Assembly (NCBI GenBank): GCA_963668675.2
Contig: CAXXMB010000001.1
Span: 608,001 to 672,000, forward strand
DNA: 64,000 nt
Source of the DNA: an uncultured Desulfatitalea sp.
GTDB taxonomy: Bacteria; Desulfobacterota; Desulfobacteria; Desulfobacterales; Desulfosarcinaceae
Direction: 5' to 3'
Within the stretch, counting starts at the first letter, position 1, and every line of letters starts with the position of its first letter. The translations under genes were made by a program, and so were the position numbers. The notes beneath the pieces were generated by a model. That model was not told the DNA's origin, made no database searches, and worked only from the letters and a program-made list of their open reading frames with translations. Below are positions 61,495-64,000 of this stretch, piece by piece.

Positions 61495-62059
61495 ACCGTT
61501 AGAGTGTCGGCCAAGAAACAGACCAATTAATTAGTCTTGTTAAATCAAAAGTTTGTTAGCGATTCATATCACATCGAGACCGCGACTGCAACCTGCGGCC
61601 AACCCATTAGAACCGAATCTTAAAAAACGCTTACAACTTTTCGCAATAGAGAGGCTTGGTCATCCTTTTTGAGACACAAAATATATTGCCGCGTGTCTGC
61701 TGAATGAAAGGATAAACCGCTCCGATTTATACCAAAAGCCGTTTTTAAAAAGAGGGTCTAACAATGTTGACAATAATCGGATATTATAATAAAAAATATA
61801 AATTTGAGCTCCAAACGCAAAACGGATGCCCCTGTGAATGAGGGGGGTGGAGCACGCAGCTTAATCTGCCGTAGACACCTTAACGGTAAAAGCGAAAACA
61901 GAGGCATTGTGGATGTGAGCAGCGTGAAAGAATTGGTTGCGCTTGGATGTTCTTGATGGTTATTCTGGTGTAACCGAACCGGATACTTGAGGAAACTGAC
62001 AAAACACGGGCCGATTCGCAGACGACAGTTCCAGTTAAATATGGGGTAGGAGTTAATAA

Positions 62060-63679
62060 ATGCCCGCAACTCAGAAAAACTCAGCGACAATGTCATGGCT
62101 CAAGCAATTGACCACAAGCACCTTTCATTCCATCAACGCCAAAGTGGACCGCATCACCTTTATAAAAAACAATAAAAAGGCGCTGGCGGCAATGTTGGTT
62201 TGCTGGTGCCTGGTCGTGGTTGGGGGCTATTTTTCCCTAGATTCGCTTGGAACGCGTCAATCATCAGAAGTTCTGAATGGTTATGCGGCGACCGCAGAGG
62301 CGTTTGCAGACCAGAGTGCTCCGATGCTGCTTGAAGAGGACGTGTTGGGACTGAACCGAACGGTGAATGACTTTGATAAAACGAATACGGTGCTTTTTGC
62401 CGCGATCATGAACCATGAGAACAGAGTGGTGGCCCATACTGAGGCTGAGAAATTCAACCAGACCTACGATGGCCTTCTCGACGCAACCGCTTTCGATAAA
62501 ATTGGCGATGTCGTGATCGAGTCCGGTTTTACAGAGAATGGCAAAGCGTCTCTAACGTTTGCGAAGAGTATCACCTATTCCGGCGTAAAAATTGGCGCCG
62601 CCGTCTTCGGTGTACCCAAAAAAGTGTGGAGCGCCATCAATACCCGCATCCGGCTTTATAAGATGCTGGTCTTTATTTTTAGTACGTTGGTCGCCGCAGC
62701 AATTATTCTGGGGCTGAATCGTAGCAAGGGGACTTCCAAAGGAAAGCCGATTTCAGTCTCCCAGGACGGCTCAATCATCGGGCCTTACCGTTTGAAGGAC
62801 AAAATCGCACAAGGCGGCATGGCAGAGCTTTATACGGCAGACTATGTTCGTGAAGACGGATTCAAACGCAAAGTTGCGATAAAAAAAGTGTTGCCCCATC
62901 TGGCCGAAAACCAGGATTTCATTAAAATGTTCATCCGAGAGGCGCGACTCGCGGCCCTTTTGCAACACCCCAACATCGTTCAGATCTTCGACTTTGGCAA
63001 GATTCACAATACCTACTTCATTGCCATGGAGTATATCGAGGGTATGAACCTGGGGCAGGTCATGGCCAAGTTGCAGACGGCGTTGCCGATCGATATGGCG
63101 ATGTTCATCATCATGAAAATCAGCTTGGGACTGAATTACTCGCATACGAAAAAAGACGATGACAGTGGGCAGGAGCTGGGTATCGTACACCGGGATATCA
63201 GTCCTCAGAACATATTGATATCCAACCAGGGAGAAGTGAAAATCAGTGATTTTGGCATCTCCAAGGCGACCACCGAACCGAGCTTGACCCAGGCGGGTGT
63301 AATCAAAGGCAAACTCTCTTATCTGGCGCCTGAACAGGCCCTGGGTAATGAAGTGGACAAACAGGTCGACATTTATGCATTGGGGTTGGTGTTGTATGAA
63401 ATTCTCTCTGGAGAACGCCTCTACCAATTCGATTCAGATATCCAGGCCATTCGCACCATACCGAAGATGGTTATCCCCCCAATTAGCTCCGTACGGTCCG
63501 AGGTACCGGAACAACTGAATCATATCGTGATGCGATGCCTTGAAAAGGATAAAGTGATGCGCTACCCCGATGCAATGGCCCTGCACAACGACTTGTCGAA
63601 ACTGAGAGCCAGACTTCAAATGTCCTACGGAGAGTCCGATCTTTCAAACTTTATAAGAACGATGATGAACCATGCATAA
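62060..63679 (+). CDS. Membrane Hanks-type Ser/Thr kinase (TM-periplasmic sensor-TM-C-terminal kinase)
   Basis: IAQGGMAELY, VAIKK, HPNIVQ, HRDISPQN, DFG, GKLSYLAPE, DIYALG; two TMs flank a ~140-aa domain; start may be 62087. Confidence 0.93.
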   Translation: MPATQKNSATMSWLKQLTTSTFHSINAKVDRITFIKNNKKALAAMLVCWCLVVVGGYFSLDSLGTRQSSEVLNGYAATAEAFADQSAPMLLEEDVLGLNRTVNDFDKTNTVLFAAIMNHENRVVAHTEAEKFNQTYDGLLDATAFDKIGDVVIESGFTENGKASLTFAKSITYSGVKIGAAVFGVPKKVWSAINTRIRLYKMLVFIFSTLVAAAIILGLNRSKGTSKGKPISVSQDGSIIGPYRLKDKIAQGGMAELYTADYVREDGFKRKVAIKKVLPHLAENQDFIKMFIREARLAALLQHPNIVQIFDFGKIHNTYFIAMEYIEGMNLGQVMAKLQTALPIDMAMFIIMKISLGLNYSHTKKDDDSGQELGIVHRDISPQNILISNQGEVKISDFGISKATTEPSLTQAGVIKGKLSYLAPEQALGNEVDKQVDIYALGLVLYEILSGERLYQFDSDIQAIRTIPKMVIPPISSVRSEVPEQLNHIVMRCLEKDKVMRYPDAMALHNDLSKLRARLQMSYGESDLSNFIRTMMNHA

Positions 63680-64000
63680 GATAGAATTCATCGGTAAAAC
63701 CGATGTCGGTCGCGTAAGATCCAACAACGAAGATACGTTCATGTTAAATCCTGAAATGGTATACTGCCTGGTGGCAGACGGGATGGGGGGAGCAGCGGCC
63801 GGCGAGATGGCCAGCCAGATCTTTGCCCAGACGGCATCAGAGTTGTTCGAAAAGAACAAGCCGGCATCCGAGCAGGAGCTGGTGGTTCGCGTACAGGAGG
63901 CATTTCGCGATGCCAACGACCGGATCCTGGATCATGTCAGCCGACACCCCGAGCATAAGGGCATGGGGTGCACGGCTGAGCTGCTTGCGTTTACGGAGAC
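63672..64000 (+). CDS. PP2C/PPM Ser/Thr phosphatase (Stp1/PppA-like; partial, runs off the right edge)
   Basis: Not in the ORF track. MHKIEFIGKTDVGRVRSNNED...LVADGMGGAAAGEMAS...GMGCT; 8-bp overlap with the kinase. Confidence 0.93.
   Translation, partial: MHKIEFIGKTDVGRVRSNNEDTFMLNPEMVYCLVADGMGGAAAGEMASQIFAQTASELFEKNKPASEQELVVRVQEAFRDANDRILDHVSRHPEHKGMGCTAELLAFTE

Noticed and set aside
61587..61602. Sigma54 promoter for the deacetylase-sheath operon (minus strand TTGGCCGCAGGTTGCA)
   Set aside because: GG-to-GC spacing is 9 nt, not the strictly required 10.
61767..61790. Perfect TTGACA and TATAAT upstream of the kinase
   Set aside because: The hexamers are only 12 nt apart, so they cannot be one sigma70 promoter. 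A promoter may still exist in this AT-rich patch.
61758..62096. 112-aa ORF in the kinase/deacetylase intergenic region
   Set aside because: No SD or motifs, and it overlaps the kinase start in antisense.

Overview
This is a gene-dense, housekeeping-rich chromosomal window. Gene content and order suggest a deltaproteobacterium, probably Desulfobacterota/Desulfobacterales (inference, not a database result). Left to right: a partial LysM (TsaP-like) gene, groEL-groES, an FmdB zinc ribbon, an HExxH hypothetical, a 32-aa bS22/COX24-type ORF missed by the ORF track, hflKC, dciA-trmN6, two tRNA-Ser, dnaX-ybaB-recR-ykgJ-murI and mscS. Next come a sigma28-preceded cheA-cheW-cheB-cheR-RR operon, sdh/frdCAB, an HD protein, tolQRAB-pal-cpoB-ruvCAB-DUF62-hypothetical-bactofilin, rplM-rpsI and an Opp/Dpp ABC transporter. 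These are followed by an H1-like membrane protein, larE, a GNAT, a lolE-like permease, two tandem Cys-motif paralogues, a DEAD-box helicase, thiL and a MocR regulator with a divergent aminotransferase. The most unusual part is the right-hand 8 kb. One operon there encodes a LysM/CE4 deacetylase lipoprotein, a TPR-2xLysM-TPR lipoprotein, a double-FHA protein and a single-chain TssB-TssC contractile-sheath fusion. Divergent from it are a Ser/Thr kinase with a histidine-kinase-style sensor input and a PP2C phosphatase cut by the window edge. No Hcp, VgrG, baseplate or membrane-complex genes are visible in the window. dnaX carries an in-phase A_AAA_AAG that could be an E. coli-type -1 frameshift site. 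I found no CRISPR array, integrase or transposase.
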